Shown one piece after another: positions 1-11,857 of a stretch of DNA of 64,000 nucleotides. Every line of letters begins with the position of its first letter. Position 1 is the stretch's first letter. The translations under genes were made by a program, and so were the position numbers. Location: positions 1,178,001 to 1,242,000 of the forward strand of contig NW_026250405.1 in assembly GCF_024521635.1 (NCBI RefSeq), given 5' to 3'. The notes under the pieces are model-generated. The model saw nothing but the letters and a program-made list of their open reading frames with translations, did not search any database and was not told the origin of the DNA. This stretch comes from Tricharina praecox. Taxonomy: Eukaryota.

Positions 1-2416
1 GAAAGTGTGCTTGAGTGGGAAGTACCCCGGTCCCTGCGAGACGTTCAATCCTTTCTGGGCTTTGCTAACTTCTATCGCCGCTTTATCAAGGGCTACGCGA
101 GGGTCGCGCGCCCGTTGACGGTGTCTACGAAAGGCGATAAGAAGGGTTGGCAATGGACGCCCGAGATGCAGGAATCCTTTGACGATCTGAAGAAACGCTT
201 CACTACCGCTCCGATACTGGCCCACTTCCAACCCAATGAACCAGTTATCGTTGAAAGAGACGCATCGGATTTTGCCCTCGGTGCCGTCCTATCCCAGAAG
301 GATGAAGAAGGAAGACTGCACCCTGTTGCCTACTATTCGAGGAAATTCTCTCCCGCAGAAATCAACTTCGAAATCCACGACAAAGAGCTACTTGCCATTG
401 TCGACGCTTTCAAGCACTGGAGACGATACCTCGAAGGTGCACAGCATCAAGTGCAAGTCTTTAGCGACCACCAGAACCTCGAGTACTTCACAACCACAAA
501 AGTACTCAATCGACGCCAGGCACGATGGGCACAGGAGCTCGCCGGCATTGATTTCAAGATCTACTACCGACCTGGAAACCAGAATGGAAAACCTGATGCT
601 CTTTCCCGGCGCCCTGAATACCGCCCTGAAAAAGGGGGGGTGAGGATCAACCAATCACGACGATCCTGCACGACAAACACTCTGCAGGAAAGAACAATGT
701 CTCTTCAATCAGTACGGCTGGACACGGTACCTCGTTTATGATCTCGTCGGTACGGCTAACCTCTACCCCAACACGGAAATGGTCTTCGGAATTTTTGGAG
801 TTGGTGCGCGAGAAGGGAGGATCTGACGCTGAGTGGGAGAAAGCTATCAAAAGCGTTGGTGAAGCGGCTTCTGAGGAACAAGAGCCGAATACCGGAAAGG
901 CTAAGGAGGTAGCGGCACGTGGGAATTCCGTGCCGAATGACTGCAAGGTCAAGGAGGATGCCGTTCGCAGCAGAGACTCTGAACGGATGAGCCGAAAGGC
1001 TAGGATACTGAGTGTGGAAGATGGATGTGTGTACCGGAAGGAGAAGTTGTGGATACCGAACAACAAAGGTCTGATCCAGCAGATCCTGGAGTAAGAACAC
1101 GATACCAAACTCGCCGGCCATATGGGCCAGGGCAAAACGATCGAGTTGATTCGACACAACTTTTGGTGGCCAACAATGGACGAAGCCATCATCGACTTCG
1201 TGTGGGGCTGTCCTGAATGTCAAAAAAACAAGACAGGGCGACACCAAACCTATGGACTCCTAAACCCCCTCGAACTGCCGTACGCTCCATGGCAATCCAT
1301 CGCTATGGACTTCATAACTGATCTACCCGAGTCCGAGGAATGCAACCAACTCTGGGTAGTCATCGACCGATTCATCAAGATGGCGCATTTCATTCCTCTA
1401 CGAAAAGACGACAACACGGCCAGCGACCTCGCGAAGATCTTTGCCCGCGAAATCTGGCGCTTCCACAGCCCACCTCGGATATCGTATCGGACAGATGTTC
1501 CCGCTTCACGTCGGATACGTGAAAGGAATTTATGAAACTTTTAGGCATCAAGGCAAGGATGTCTACGGCGTTTCACCCCCAAACAGACGGGCAAACAGAA
1601 CGCCTGAACCAGACGATCGAAGCATATCTCCGCTCCTTCGTCAACAAAGACCAAGACGACTGGGTTAGCCTTCTCCCCATGGCTGAGTTTGCCTACAATA
1701 ACTCAGTCACCACGGCTACTAAATTCTCGCCGTTCTACGATCACTACGGAGTCCACCCAACAGCTAGCGGACCTGCTGCGACGGACCCCCTCAACCCCGT
1801 CAGCACGGTCTATGCGCACTAGATGCAGAGTGTGCACAAGGAGACCATCAAGTGTCTTGAGCAAACACAGGAACGCATGCGCCGCTACGCCGACTAACGC
1901 CGCCAAGAGGCCCCCGCTTATCAGGTAGGAGACCTGGTAATGCTCAGCGGACGGAACATACAAACCCGTCGCCCCTTGAGGAAACTGGACCACAAAAATC
2001 ATGGCCCGTTCCAAATCGGGAAGATCGTTTCCCCCCTAGCCGTCAAGCTCACGCTACCGCGGAAATGGAAGATACACAATGTCTTCCGTGTCTCGCTTGT
2101 CGAACCCTACCGAGCAGGCAACCGAGATCTCCCTGACCCGTCGAAAATACTCCGGGAAGCGGATGACGTCGAGATCAATGAGGAATACGATGTCGAGGAG
2201 GTTATGGGTGGCACCAAGAAAGGACGGCGCGTACTCTACCTCGTGAAACCTCTCAACTATCCCAGCAAACGGGATTGGACTCACAAGCCTTTCGACAACT
2301 TTTCAGTATGTGGTCGGGAGAAACTGCGGGAATTCCACCGCAAGAATCCGGATGCACCGAGGGACTATCGGCTCACAGAAGACTGGGAGTGTTTTCCCAC
2401 TGGGTTTTTCTCTTGA
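1..2416 (+). pseudogene. pol: Disrupted pol of element A (RT-RNaseH-integrase-chromodomain)
   Basis: Broken into ORFs 7-741, 738-1094, 1122-1535, 1532-1822 and 1940-2416 by frameshifts and stops (e.g. TAG at 1820 where element B has TGG); chromodomain EEYDVEEVMG..YLVK..DWT. Confidence 0.93.
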
Positions 2417-2507
2417 GTCGAGCGATAGTAGGATGCAGGGGTTGGAGGACGGCATTCACCGTATATAAACTAGATGGAACTCCGCGCGCTTCGGGACGAA
2501 AGCATTT

Positions 2508-2517
2508 GAGAGGGGAG
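2508..2517 (+). other. Polypurine tract of element A
   Basis: GAGAGGGGAG, 4 nt before the LTR start TGTGACA at 2522. Confidence 0.85.
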
Positions 2518-2521
2518 TTGG

Positions 2522-3259
2522 TGTGACACTCTGGTCGCAGTCGGCCCGGCTTCGGGGTCCGGCTTCTTACCAACAGAAGTTTGGGAAAAATAGTTAGATG
2601 GATCGGGGAGCAGGAGAAAACCTTTAGATTAGTCGTAGCTAGTCAGAGACGAGATAGGAAGGAAGGAAGCAAACGGGACCAGAGTCTAGGTGGGATCAGA
2701 GGCGCAGCGATACGCACGAAAAGTCCGATACAGTCATCCTTGACTTGAGGCAGGCGAATCGCGGAACAAGCGCAGAGGAAACTCTGATCGGAGAAAAACC
2801 ACTATGACGAGTGTTGCCCCTCTTCTGGCGTCTTAAGCAAATAAGAGCCGTGCCGAAAGGCGCAGCCGTTGCCCAGCGGGGAGATAGCTGAAACCGGACT
2901 ATGCTCGGGTAAGGATTGGTGCGCCATACCTCCCTAGTTTGTATAAACTATCCTGAAAGTTTACAGGGACTCTGATGACATGGCGCAGGAAGTCTCCGAC
3001 CAAGTGCAGAGTTTTCACGCTCGGGCTTCAATCCGGCAGCAAGCTACGGCAACGGCTGGCACGTGACTCGATCAAATCACCCAACTATATAGACTTCCGA
3101 CGACACGGCGAAAGATTCATCATCAGAATCAGCAACCAGAAAACCATCGACACTACCCCTTAAGATTATTCCGTTTGTGAAAGAAAGAAAACTTTCTATT
3201 TTCATCTTTATTTTATCCTATCAATTGACTCCGACGATCGTAATCGTTCCAGTCTTACA
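2522..3259 (+). repeat. 3' LTR of element A (738 bp)
   Basis: Starts TGTGA after the PPT and ends TTACA; TATATAG at ~3086; its 3' end (CCTTAAGATTATTCCGTT..GTTCCAGTCTTACA) is homologous to the 3' end of the element B LTR. Confidence 0.85.
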
Positions 3260-3296
3260 CTGCCCGAGTTCGAGAAAACCACATGGGAAAAAACTC

Positions 3297-6200
3297 TTAC
3301 TCATCTGTAAGCCGGTAGTCCCTCGGCGCATCGGGATTATTGCGATGAAACTCGTGTAGCTTTTCCCGACCGCCTACTGAGAAGTTGTCGAATGGCTCGT
3401 TCGTCCAGTCCCGTCGTTCGGGGTAGTTGAGCCATTTCACGAGGTAGAGCACTCGTCGACCTTTCTTCGAGCTGCCCATAACCTCATCGACGTTGTATTC
3501 TTCATTGCCTTACACATCATCGGCCTCTCGTAAGATTTGAGAGGGATCCGGTGGTACTCGGGTGCCGGCTCGGAACGGTTCAACGAGCGAGACGTGCAAG
3601 ACATTATGAATCTTCCACTTCCTTGGCAGAGTGAGCTTGACAGCGAGCGGCGATACGGTCTTCTCGATTTGGAAGGGACCATGGTTCTTGTGGTCCAACT
3701 TCCGCGAGGGTCGGCGGGTTTGAATGTTCCGCCCGTTGAGCATTACCAAGTCTCCTACTTGATAAGCCGGTGCCTCCTGACGATGTTGATCTGCATACTT
3801 GCGCATTCGTTCGCGCGTTCGTTCGAGGGTCTTGATATTTTCCTCGTGGACTGTATGCATCCAGTGAGCGTAGACCTTGCTGGCGGGGTTGAGAGAATTT
3901 GCCGCAGCAGGGTTTGTCGCCGAAGGGTGGTATCCAAAATTCGCATAGAAGGGCGACATTCCGGTTGCCGGTGTAACCGAGTTGTTGTAGGCAAACTCAG
4001 CCATCGGTAGGAGATTCACCCAATCGTTCTGTTCGTAGTTGACGAAGGAGCGGAGGTATGCTTCGATCGTCTGGTTGAGGCGTTCCGTTTGTCCATCCAT
4101 CTGTGGGTGGAACGCTGTTGACATCCGGGGCTTAATGCCTAGCAGCCGGATGAATTCTTTCCATGTACCCGAGGTAAACCGTGAGTCTCGATCCGACACT
4201 ATGTCTGCTGGTAATCCGTGAAAGCGCCATATCTCGCGGGCAAAAATCTTTGCGAGATCCTCGGCTATCTTTCCATCCTTAGGTAGGGGGATGAAATGCG
4301 CCATCTTGGTGAAGCAGTCGACGACCACCCATAGCTGGTCGCATCCGTTGGATTCCGGTAGGTCGGTAATGAAGTTCATGGCTATTGATTGCCATGGGTG
4401 TATGGTAACGCGAGAGGATTGAGTAGTCCATACGGCTGGTGCCTTGTTGCTTTGTCCTTCTGACACTGCGCGCAACTCCGGAGGAAGTCTATAATCTGCT
4501 GGTCCATCTTTGGCCACCAGAAATTGCGCCGGATAAGTTCGATAGTCTTGTCCTGGCCCATATGCCCCGCGACTTTCGTATCGTGTTCCGACTCGAGGAT
4601 GGGTCTGACGAGTTCCTTGCCGTCTGGTACCCATAGCCTTTCTTTCCTATACAGGTGTCACGGCTCACGACGGAATGACGAAGGGAGGGTCGGCACAAGG
4701 ACCGGGAGAATTGGGGGGCAGTGCAGAGGCAGTGCACCGGCAGTGCAAGGATGAGTCGCAGAGGATTTGGGGCTGTGTGCAGGGAGCAGGGATAGCGCAG
4801 TAATGAGTCGCAGGATATTGGGGCTGTGTGCAGGAAGCAGGGGTAGTGCGGCTGCGCAGGGTGTGAGTCACGGAAGTGGGGTACTGGCAAGGTGGATTTC
4901 TCAGGGTCTGGCACACGCCCACGGTCATTGTCAGGTTGCGGGAAGAAGTGGAGGATTTTCTATATAAACGGGCCGTTGCCCCTCTGTATTTAGTTCTTCA
5001 CGCAACAACTTGTTAATTCAATCACTGTTACCTCTGTCCTTGCCTCGGCTGCCGTCTGCGCCGTAGTCCTTGTCCCTGCCTCTGTTCTCAGTTGCCGTCT
5101 GCACTGAGCCCTGCCTCACCTTGTCTCCTGTACCCGTCTTGCCCCTACCGAACCCAGAACCCGATCCCCAGCCCGACTTCGCTACCTGGAGCCTTGCCCG
5201 ACCGTGCCGTTACAACAGGCACCATTCTTTCATCCTCAAAATCCTGGCTTTTCGACCCATCCTGGCGGTGTCCCTACTCTCGGCGGCCAGTTCCCAGGCC
5301 TTTCAGCCCTCCAACTCAGTGTCCTTCTGAGCGGCGCCCTCGTTCGTGTCCTTGATGCTGCTCACAGCCACCTGATACCCAGTATCTTCCTTTCATGCCT
5401 TCCTGACCCAACCCAGAAATTCTTCATTCCACTTTGGTACGGGGATTGAATGTAGCCGAGTTGACGAAACCAGAAACACGGTGCTCTCGCCTCCGGTGCT
5501 GATTGATGAAACTCTCGAATCGTCGCCTGCAAAGTGTGATTTATGCAGGATCGTCGTAATCAGCTGATCTCCACCCCCCCTTTTTCAGGGCGGTACTCCG
5601 GGCGCCTGGATAATGCGTCAGGTTTGCCGTTCTGGCTGCCGGGCCGGTAGTAGATTTTGAAGTTGATGCCAGCGAGTTCTTGTGCTCATCTCGCCTGCTG
5701 TCGATTGAGTACTTTCGTGGTTGTGAAGTACTCAAGGTTCTGGTGGTCGCTGTACACCTGGATCTGGTGTTTTGCTCCCTCGAGGTATTGCCGCCAGCGT
5801 TTGAAAGAGTCTACTATCGCGAGTAGTTTCTTATCGTGAATCTCGAAGTTGATTTCGGCTGGGGTAAACTTTCTTGAGTGGAACGCAAACGGGTGTAACT
5901 TCCCATTCTCTGCACTTTGAGAAAGGACTGCGCCCAACACGAAGTCTGAAGCGTCGGATTCCACCACGACAGGTAGTTCTGGGTTGCAGTGCCCTAGAAT
6001 CGTTGCCGTGGTGAACCTAGACTTCAGCTCTTCGAATGCCAGTTCCATCTCCCCTGTCCATCTCCAATCTTTCCCTTTTTCTTTCTTGCTCTCGGTCAAG
6101 GGTCTCGTGATCTTTGAGAAATCCTTGATGAAGCGCCTGTAAAAATTGTGGAACCCAAGAAAGGCTTGTACTTCCTTGAGCGACCGCGGCGCCTCCCACG

Positions 6201-7670
6201 AGAGCACAGATTCCACCTTGTCCTTAGCCATCTCAATTCCATCTTGGGATATCACGTATCCTAGGAACTCGACTCTCCCTGTCGACCAGACACACTTCTC
6301 TGGTGAGATTGCCAACTGATTTTCTTCCAACCTCTTTAGTACCTCGATGACTATCGTGTCATGCTCCTCCTGCGTCTTCGCATAGATGAGGAGGTCATCG
6401 ATGTACGCGACCAGTCCCAGGTCCAACATATCCCGAAATATGTGGTTAATCATGTCCTGAAACGTCGCTGGAGCGCTGGTCAGCCCAAACGGCGTGACCA
6501 AAAACTCAAATAGTCTGTATTGACAGCGGAAACCCGTCTTCCACTCGTCACCTTCCTTGATGCGGATAAGGTGATAGCCATTCTTCAGATCAATCTTGGT
6601 CAAGACTTTCGCACCCCGGACTCGGTCTTGCAACTCTGCCATGATCGGAAGTGGGTAGCGATTGGCTACGGTAATCTTGTTGATACCGCGATAGTCGACA
6701 CACAATTGGAGACCCCTGCCGTGCGCCTTTGGTACAAATAATATGGGGCGCCCCGGCTGGTGATTTGGATCTTCGAATCTTGCCTGTCTGGAGCATCTCC
6801 TTGAGCCACTCCCTGAGGGCCTCAAGTTCTTTCTCTGACAGCGCATAGATAGGACCCCATGGAGGAGTCTCTCCTTCCTTGAGATCGATTGCGTGGTCGT
6901 AGGAGTTGTGGTCGGGAAGCTTATCGGCTGCTTCCTTGCTCATGATGTTGGCATATCGTCTGAACTTCTCCGGAAGCAGATTTATGGGTGGATCTGATTC
7001 CGGGCCAGCTGAGACGTATCCAATAATGCGAGCCTCCGAATTGTGAATGACAGACGTGTCAAGTTCCATCGGAAAGCTGGTTGCTTGTTGCAAGGTGCAT
7101 TGTTCCTTGCATCGGGTGCTGGTGAAGCGAATTTTCTGTGCTTCATTCTCCCACAACCCTGTCGGTTCATGCTTAGCCATCCACCAATACGGGAGGTAGG
7201 CACCGCAGTCGTCCAAGGGAGCCACTTCGAAGGTTTCGTTGGTGTAGTGTCTTCGGTGTTGGAGGAGCATCGGCATTGTAAAATATTCCCCGGCTCCTTC
7301 CACTATGGTTCCGTGGAAGTCCTTGATTTCCACCGGCTTGGGTCGTTGAATGAGGGGCAACCCAAGTTCTCGTGCAAGGCTTCGTTTGATGATCGGAATC
7401 GCACATCCTGTGTCGAGGAGTACTCGGATCCGTCGTCGCTTCTGCTCAGACCAGAGGAGCATCATTTTGTATGATTAGTCGTGGTCCACTGACAGGTTTT
7501 GGGGGCTCACACCCTGAGGCGCTCGGCGCGGTTGGACTGGTGGAAATAGGTTGGTCCGTTCGTCTTCGCTTATCTCTGGATTTGCTGTCGATATCCTGAG
7601 GCCGTGGTCTCTTCGTTCCGCAAACATATACACTTGGCCGTCCAGTCTGCGGAGTGCTGGGGCCGCTCAA
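3297..7670 (-). pseudogene. pol: Disrupted pol of element B (PR-RT-RH-IN-chromodomain)
   Basis: ORFs 6590-7465 (protease), 5686-6846 (RT YIDD and RNase H), 3510-4634 (integrase) and 3297-3479 (chromodomain); multiple frameshifts; interrupted by a solo LTR. Confidence 0.93.
4656..5214 (+). mobile_element. Solo LTR of family C (559 bp) inserted in B pol
   Basis: TGTCA...TTACA flanked by the perfect 5-bp TSD ACAGG (4651-4655 and 5215-5219); removing it rejoins RKARIL..CLYRKERLWVP, matching element A; highly similar to 11858-12353 in the opposite orientation. Confidence 0.95.
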
Positions 7671-9861
7671 AAATCCTCCCGCTCGCTCTCATTCCTCTCC
7701 CAGAATGGAGGTACCTCCGTCATTGCTTCATCCTCCACCACAACCGCCGTAGCCTTGTGTTGCTTAGACCTCGGTCGAGTGGGTTCGGCATCCTGGGTGT
7801 CCTGTTTTCTCTTTATCACGGTCGACACCTTTGGACTCTCCGGGAGTTCGATACCGGCGACTGTTTTCCAGGCGTAGCATTGGAAGGTTCGGTGGCCATC
7901 TCGTCCGCAACGCGAACAGTCGCATTTGGATGCTTTGTGGGCATCAATATCCTTCTGAGGAACCCCTACCAGAGCCTCCTTGGCTTCCGCGTAGATGTCC
8001 CCTTCCCTTGTCCTTCCCTTCCTGACTCCTGTTGCTTCCTTGGCCTTTCGGCCCTCCGGGGACTCCCCGCTTTCCTTGCGGCCCCCAGGGTCTCTGCCCT
8101 TTCCTTGGCCCTGCCGGCCGTTGCCAGGTCCCTTCCGGTCGCCGCCGGAACCCTGGCTACCAGAGCCTCCTTGGCTTCCGCGTAGATGTCCCCTTCCCTT
8201 GTCCTTCCCTTCCTGACTCCTGTTGCTTCCTTGGCCTTTCGGCCCTCCGGGGACTCCCCGCTTTCCTTGCGGCCCCCAGGGTCTCTGCCCTTTCCTTGGC
8301 CCTGCCAGCCGTTGCCAGGTCCCTTCCGGTCGCCGCCGGAACCCTGGCTACCCGATCCCCCTTTCCTCATTGCCCTTGCCTTTTTCAGCGCGTCCCAGCA
8401 TTCCACATGGTTGCCAGCCTTGAGCACCGTTTCCAAGAAGTCCTCATCGTCTTCGTAGGGCTCGGTGTGCAGGTTGAAGCACATGTCAACGATGTCGGTG
8501 GTCATGGCCTGGTTGACTATGTCTTGTAGCGGTTCCCCGGTGGCGCGAGCGATCATGTTAACCGATCGGAAGGAGGTCATGTAAACCTGGATGTCTCCTT
8601 TGTATTTGAGGGCCCACATCCTTCTTAATGCGTTCGCTCCCTCCTGCGTGTTGCGGTACGCCTCCTTGAGTGCCTCTTGGTACGCCTGCCACGTATCTTC
8701 CAAGTGTAGCTGCCTCAGGCTTTTTCGACGGGCCTGATGCCATTCTGCCGCTGTTCCTTCCAGTCGGGATCCCACCCGCGCTATCTTCTGCTGCTCGTTT
8801 GCCTCTGGGTGGAACTCAAAATATTCTTCGACTGAGTCCCACCATGGACGGAAGGCTGTCCTTTGCTTGCCATCGAACGGTTTGGGCTCTTTCATTTTAA
8901 GCTTGATGGCCCTTGGGTTCGATGCCGAGACGGCAGCAGCAATGATCCGAGCGAAGCGACTCTCTTCGTCTTCGTTGTCTTCTCTTGGTAGCGGAGCGTT
9001 TCGGTGACGGGGCGGGGAACGACGCGGCAAAGGGATGCAATCGTCATCATCCGATGGTTCCTCATCCGACGGATCACCTCTAAGATTAGTCACCGGACGT
9101 CTTAGGGGTGGAGGAGGAGGGAACATTCCTGCACCAGCCGGAGTTTCCCTTGTTGCTGATCTTTCTGCCCTCGATCCTCCTCTTGGGGTGGTGTTCACCC
9201 ACTCTGGGGCCTTTTCCTTCGCCTTCCCTGTCCTTACCTCTACAGCCTTCAATTTTTTCTCCGCTCGAGCGATTTTTTCCTTGATTCGCTGTTGCTCTTT
9301 GTAGAGGTATTCCGCCTTCTCTTCCTGTTTCCCTGCCCATATTTCCACATTGCGGTTATACACCGCTTGCTCCCTGCGTTGTTCGACTTGCGCCGTTTCG
9401 AGGAACACGATGGCGTCTTGTAGGCGAGCGTTTGCGACGCTTTGCAGCTCACATTTGTCTTCGTCTTTCTGGTTGCGTTGTCTAACGACTGCCCACACGT
9501 CGCTGCTCAGGGCGTGCGTCGCGTTCGCTACCGTTGACAGCTCGGTTCGAAGCCATTCTGTATTCATTTCGGCATTGTGAGCGTGGAGGTTGTATACATA
9601 CTTGACCCCATTGCAGAGTTGTTCGTAGTTCCTTCTGATCTCCTGCATTCGTGAGTCCTCTTCGTTGAACTTATGATCGCATGCTTGGTAAAGTTGGCGC
9701 AGGTCTCTTTGTGCCGTTTGGTATTGGTGGTTCATCAGCCTGAGCCAGGCTGCCGGGTTTCGTACTTCGACGGTTTCGGATGCTTGCGGGATGCTAACCA
9801 GCGCATTGCTCAGGGTCTGAGGAAGTTCGAGGCGGAGCATGTCGAGGTTTGAGGAGGACAT
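7667..9861 (-). pseudogene. gag: gag of element B, frameshifted by an internal 191-bp duplication
   Basis: ATG at 9861, 39 nt after the LTR; retrotransposon gag core (EPKPFDG..W..VEEYF); CX2CX4HX4C knuckle CSRCGRDGHRTFQC starting at 7918; natural end ..EREDF-TGA at 7669-7667. Confidence 0.88.
7966..8352. repeat. 191-bp tandem duplication inside B gag
   Basis: 7966-8156 is repeated at 8157-8347 with one visible substitution; CTACC microhomology at 7966, 8157 and 8348. Confidence 0.95.
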
Positions 9862-9885
9862 TTCGATAGAAATCGGTGACTGTAA

Positions 9886-9896
9886 CCTTAAGATTA
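9886..9896 (-). other. Self-priming type primer-binding site of element B
   Basis: TAATCTTAAGG, 3 nt after the LTR CA end, is exactly complementary to CCTTAAGATTA inside the LTR (10000-9990). Confidence 0.8.
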
Positions 9897-9899
9897 AAG

Positions 9900-10587
9900 T
9901 GTGAGACTGGAACTAGTTTGCGTCGTCGGAGACTATGGTAATATCGAGTGTAGAATAAAAGTCATGAATTTCGATAATTCACAACGGAATAATCTTAAGG
10001 GTGTTTGTTCGATGGTTTGTTCGGTGCGATGATTTGTGTTTTGGTTCAGTTGCCCGCTCGGTTCGACTTATAGTTGTCCCGATCCTCAGCACGTGATTCC
10101 TCTAGAGTGCGGCCTGACGTAGCTCCGTTGCTTCCTTTGCATCGGAGTTCCGTGGACCAGCCTTGAGTCGTCGTCAGCTCTCTTCGGATAGTCTTCCCGA
10201 CTAGGGTGGTAAACACCATGCGCCCAAGATAGATCGGAGTTTCCGAGCAATTATCTCCCTCATGCACCGGCAGAGTTCTTCGCTCAAAGTTCTCTGCCCC
10301 CATCGATCGATGTTCAATTCTCTCGTCATAACAGTTTTTCCCTGGATCGGAGTTCCTACTGCGGGGCCCTATGAACGGAGATCTCAAAGTCCTCTGGACT
10401 GTTACCCCGATCTCCCGCATCTCCGATCACTGTCTAGACTCTGGAATCCGTTTGCTTCCTCCTTCCTATCTTGTCCTTGATCGCTTCTAACTATCCTTTC
10501 GGCTCGCAACTCTATTCTAATCACCCGGACTATCTAATCACATCTCTCGCGACCGTCATGACCTCCGATACCTATCGGGGAGTCACA
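9900..10587 (-). repeat. 5' LTR of element B (688 bp)
   Basis: TGTGAC...CTCACA termini on the minus strand, TATAAG at ~10072, followed by the PBS and the gag ATG. Confidence 0.88.
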
Positions 10588-11099
10588 CCGATCCTCAGCA
10601 CGTGATTCCTCTAGAGTGCGGCCTGACGTAGCTCCGTTGCTTCCTTTGCATCGGAGTTCCGTGGACTAGCCTTGAGTCTCCGTCAGCTCTCTTCGGATAG
10701 TCTTCTCGACTAGGCAGGTGGTAAACACCACGCGCCCAAGATAGATCGGAGTTCCCGAGCAATTATCTCCCTCATGCGCCGGCAGAGTTCTTCGCCTGAA
10801 GTTCTCTGCCCCCATAGGTCGATGTTTGATTCTCTCGTCATAACAGTTTTTCCCTGGATCAGAGTTCCTACTGCGGGGCCCTATGAACGGAGATCTCAAA
10901 GTCCTCTGGACTGTTATCCCGATCTCCCGCAACTCCGATCACTGTCTAGACTCTGGAATCCGTTTGCTTCCTCCTTCCTATCTTGTCCTTGATCGCTTCT
11001 AACTATCCTTTCGTCTCGCAACTCTATTCTAATCACCCGGACTATCTAATCACATCTCTTGCGACCGTCGTGACCTCCCATATCTATCGGGGTGTCACA
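10588..11099 (-). repeat. Second, truncated (U3-only) copy of the B-family LTR
   Basis: Direct repeat of 10079-10587 with roughly 23 substitutions (counted by eye) and one 3-bp indel; begins TGTGACA at 11099. Confidence 0.92.
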
Positions 11100-11818
11100 A
11101 GTTCGATAGATACTCCTTCTCGCAGCGCGTCAAGTTTCGCATGCTCGTCTCAATTGAGTTTGGAGACAAGCCTCTGGAATTCCGCAAAGTAGGAGGTGAA
11201 CTCCTTATTGCCCTGTTTCAGGTGGTGCAGCTTGGCTCGAGCGGTAGCCCCTGGGTCGTGGTCACCAAACGCGTTGTTCAGGAGTGTGATGATCGCATCA
11301 GCGTCGGTGAGGGTGATGTCGTGGTTCTCGATGTACGGCAGGAGCTGTGCTTGGGCGCGACTTTCTCAGCGGTTGAAGGCATAGGCCATTCGGAGTGCTG
11401 AAGTTGGGAAACGTGCTGGGCCGCTGTATAGCTTGAGTCGAAGTTGGGCAACGAACCCTTCCAGTTTGTCGCGTGTTCCGTCCAACATGGCGGGCTCTGG
11501 GACACGCTCAGCGCGGCTTTGAGGTTGGGCGTCGACGGTGGCGAGGCGGTTGGCAATACGGAGGGCGTCCGCAAGTTGTTTTTCAAGGTCATCGAATCGC
11601 CAGGTTGCTACTGCTATTGGGGACAGGGTGATTGCGCGGCCGAGGATTCTGAATCCATTGTACAACTCCATCAGGGTTGCATCATCAACGGGTGCATCGT
11701 GATTGACAATGATTTCGAGTTGTTCGTAGATGGCGGCGGGAATTTCTCGGTAGAAGGGCGGTGCCACCGGTACTTCCTCCTGCTGGGGGGCGCCAGGTAC
11801 TTGAGTGTTGGTGGCCAT
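11100..11818 (-). pseudogene. gag: Truncated gag of element C
   Basis: VPEPAMLDGTRDKLEGFVAQLRLKL..AYAFNR, then after a frameshift AQAQLLPY..AFGDHD..LKQGNKEFTSYFAEFQRL (retrotransposon gag motifs). Confidence 0.85.
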
Positions 11819-11846
11819 CGTAATTCGCTAGGTGGAGAGATAGGGG

Positions 11847-11855
11847 ACGCAACAA
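11847..11855 (-). other. Self-priming type PBS of element C
   Basis: TTGTTGCGT, 2 nt after the LTR end, is complementary to ACGCAACAA (12072-12064), which lies ~32 nt downstream of TATATAAA. Confidence 0.72.
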
Positions 11856-11857
11856 AG

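Larger units (their letters stand above)
1..3259 (+). mobile_element. Ty3/gypsy chromovirus LTR retrotransposon A (3' half; 5' part lies outside the window)
   Basis: RT thumb/RNase H (FLGFANFYRRFI, DASDFALGAVLSQ), integrase (PWQSIAMDFITDLP, FHPQTDGQTER), GPF and chromodomain motifs, followed by a PPT and a TG..CA LTR. Confidence 0.95.
3260..11099 (-). mobile_element. Ty3/gypsy chromovirus B (5' LTR, gag, pol); its PPT and 3' LTR are displaced by the insertion of A
   Basis: LTR 9900-10587 (plus extra U3 copy to 11099), gag, protease LLDTGC, RT YIDD, RNase H, integrase and chromodomain in gypsy order. Confidence 0.95.

Noticed and set aside
1092..1897. Premature stops in A pol (including TGG>TAG at 1820) as RIP or as A-to-I-editable stops
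   Set aside because: Only a few transitions; the element stays GC-balanced with plentiful CpA/TpG, so there is no heavy RIP. TAA/TGA stops and frameshifts elsewhere could not be rescued by editing
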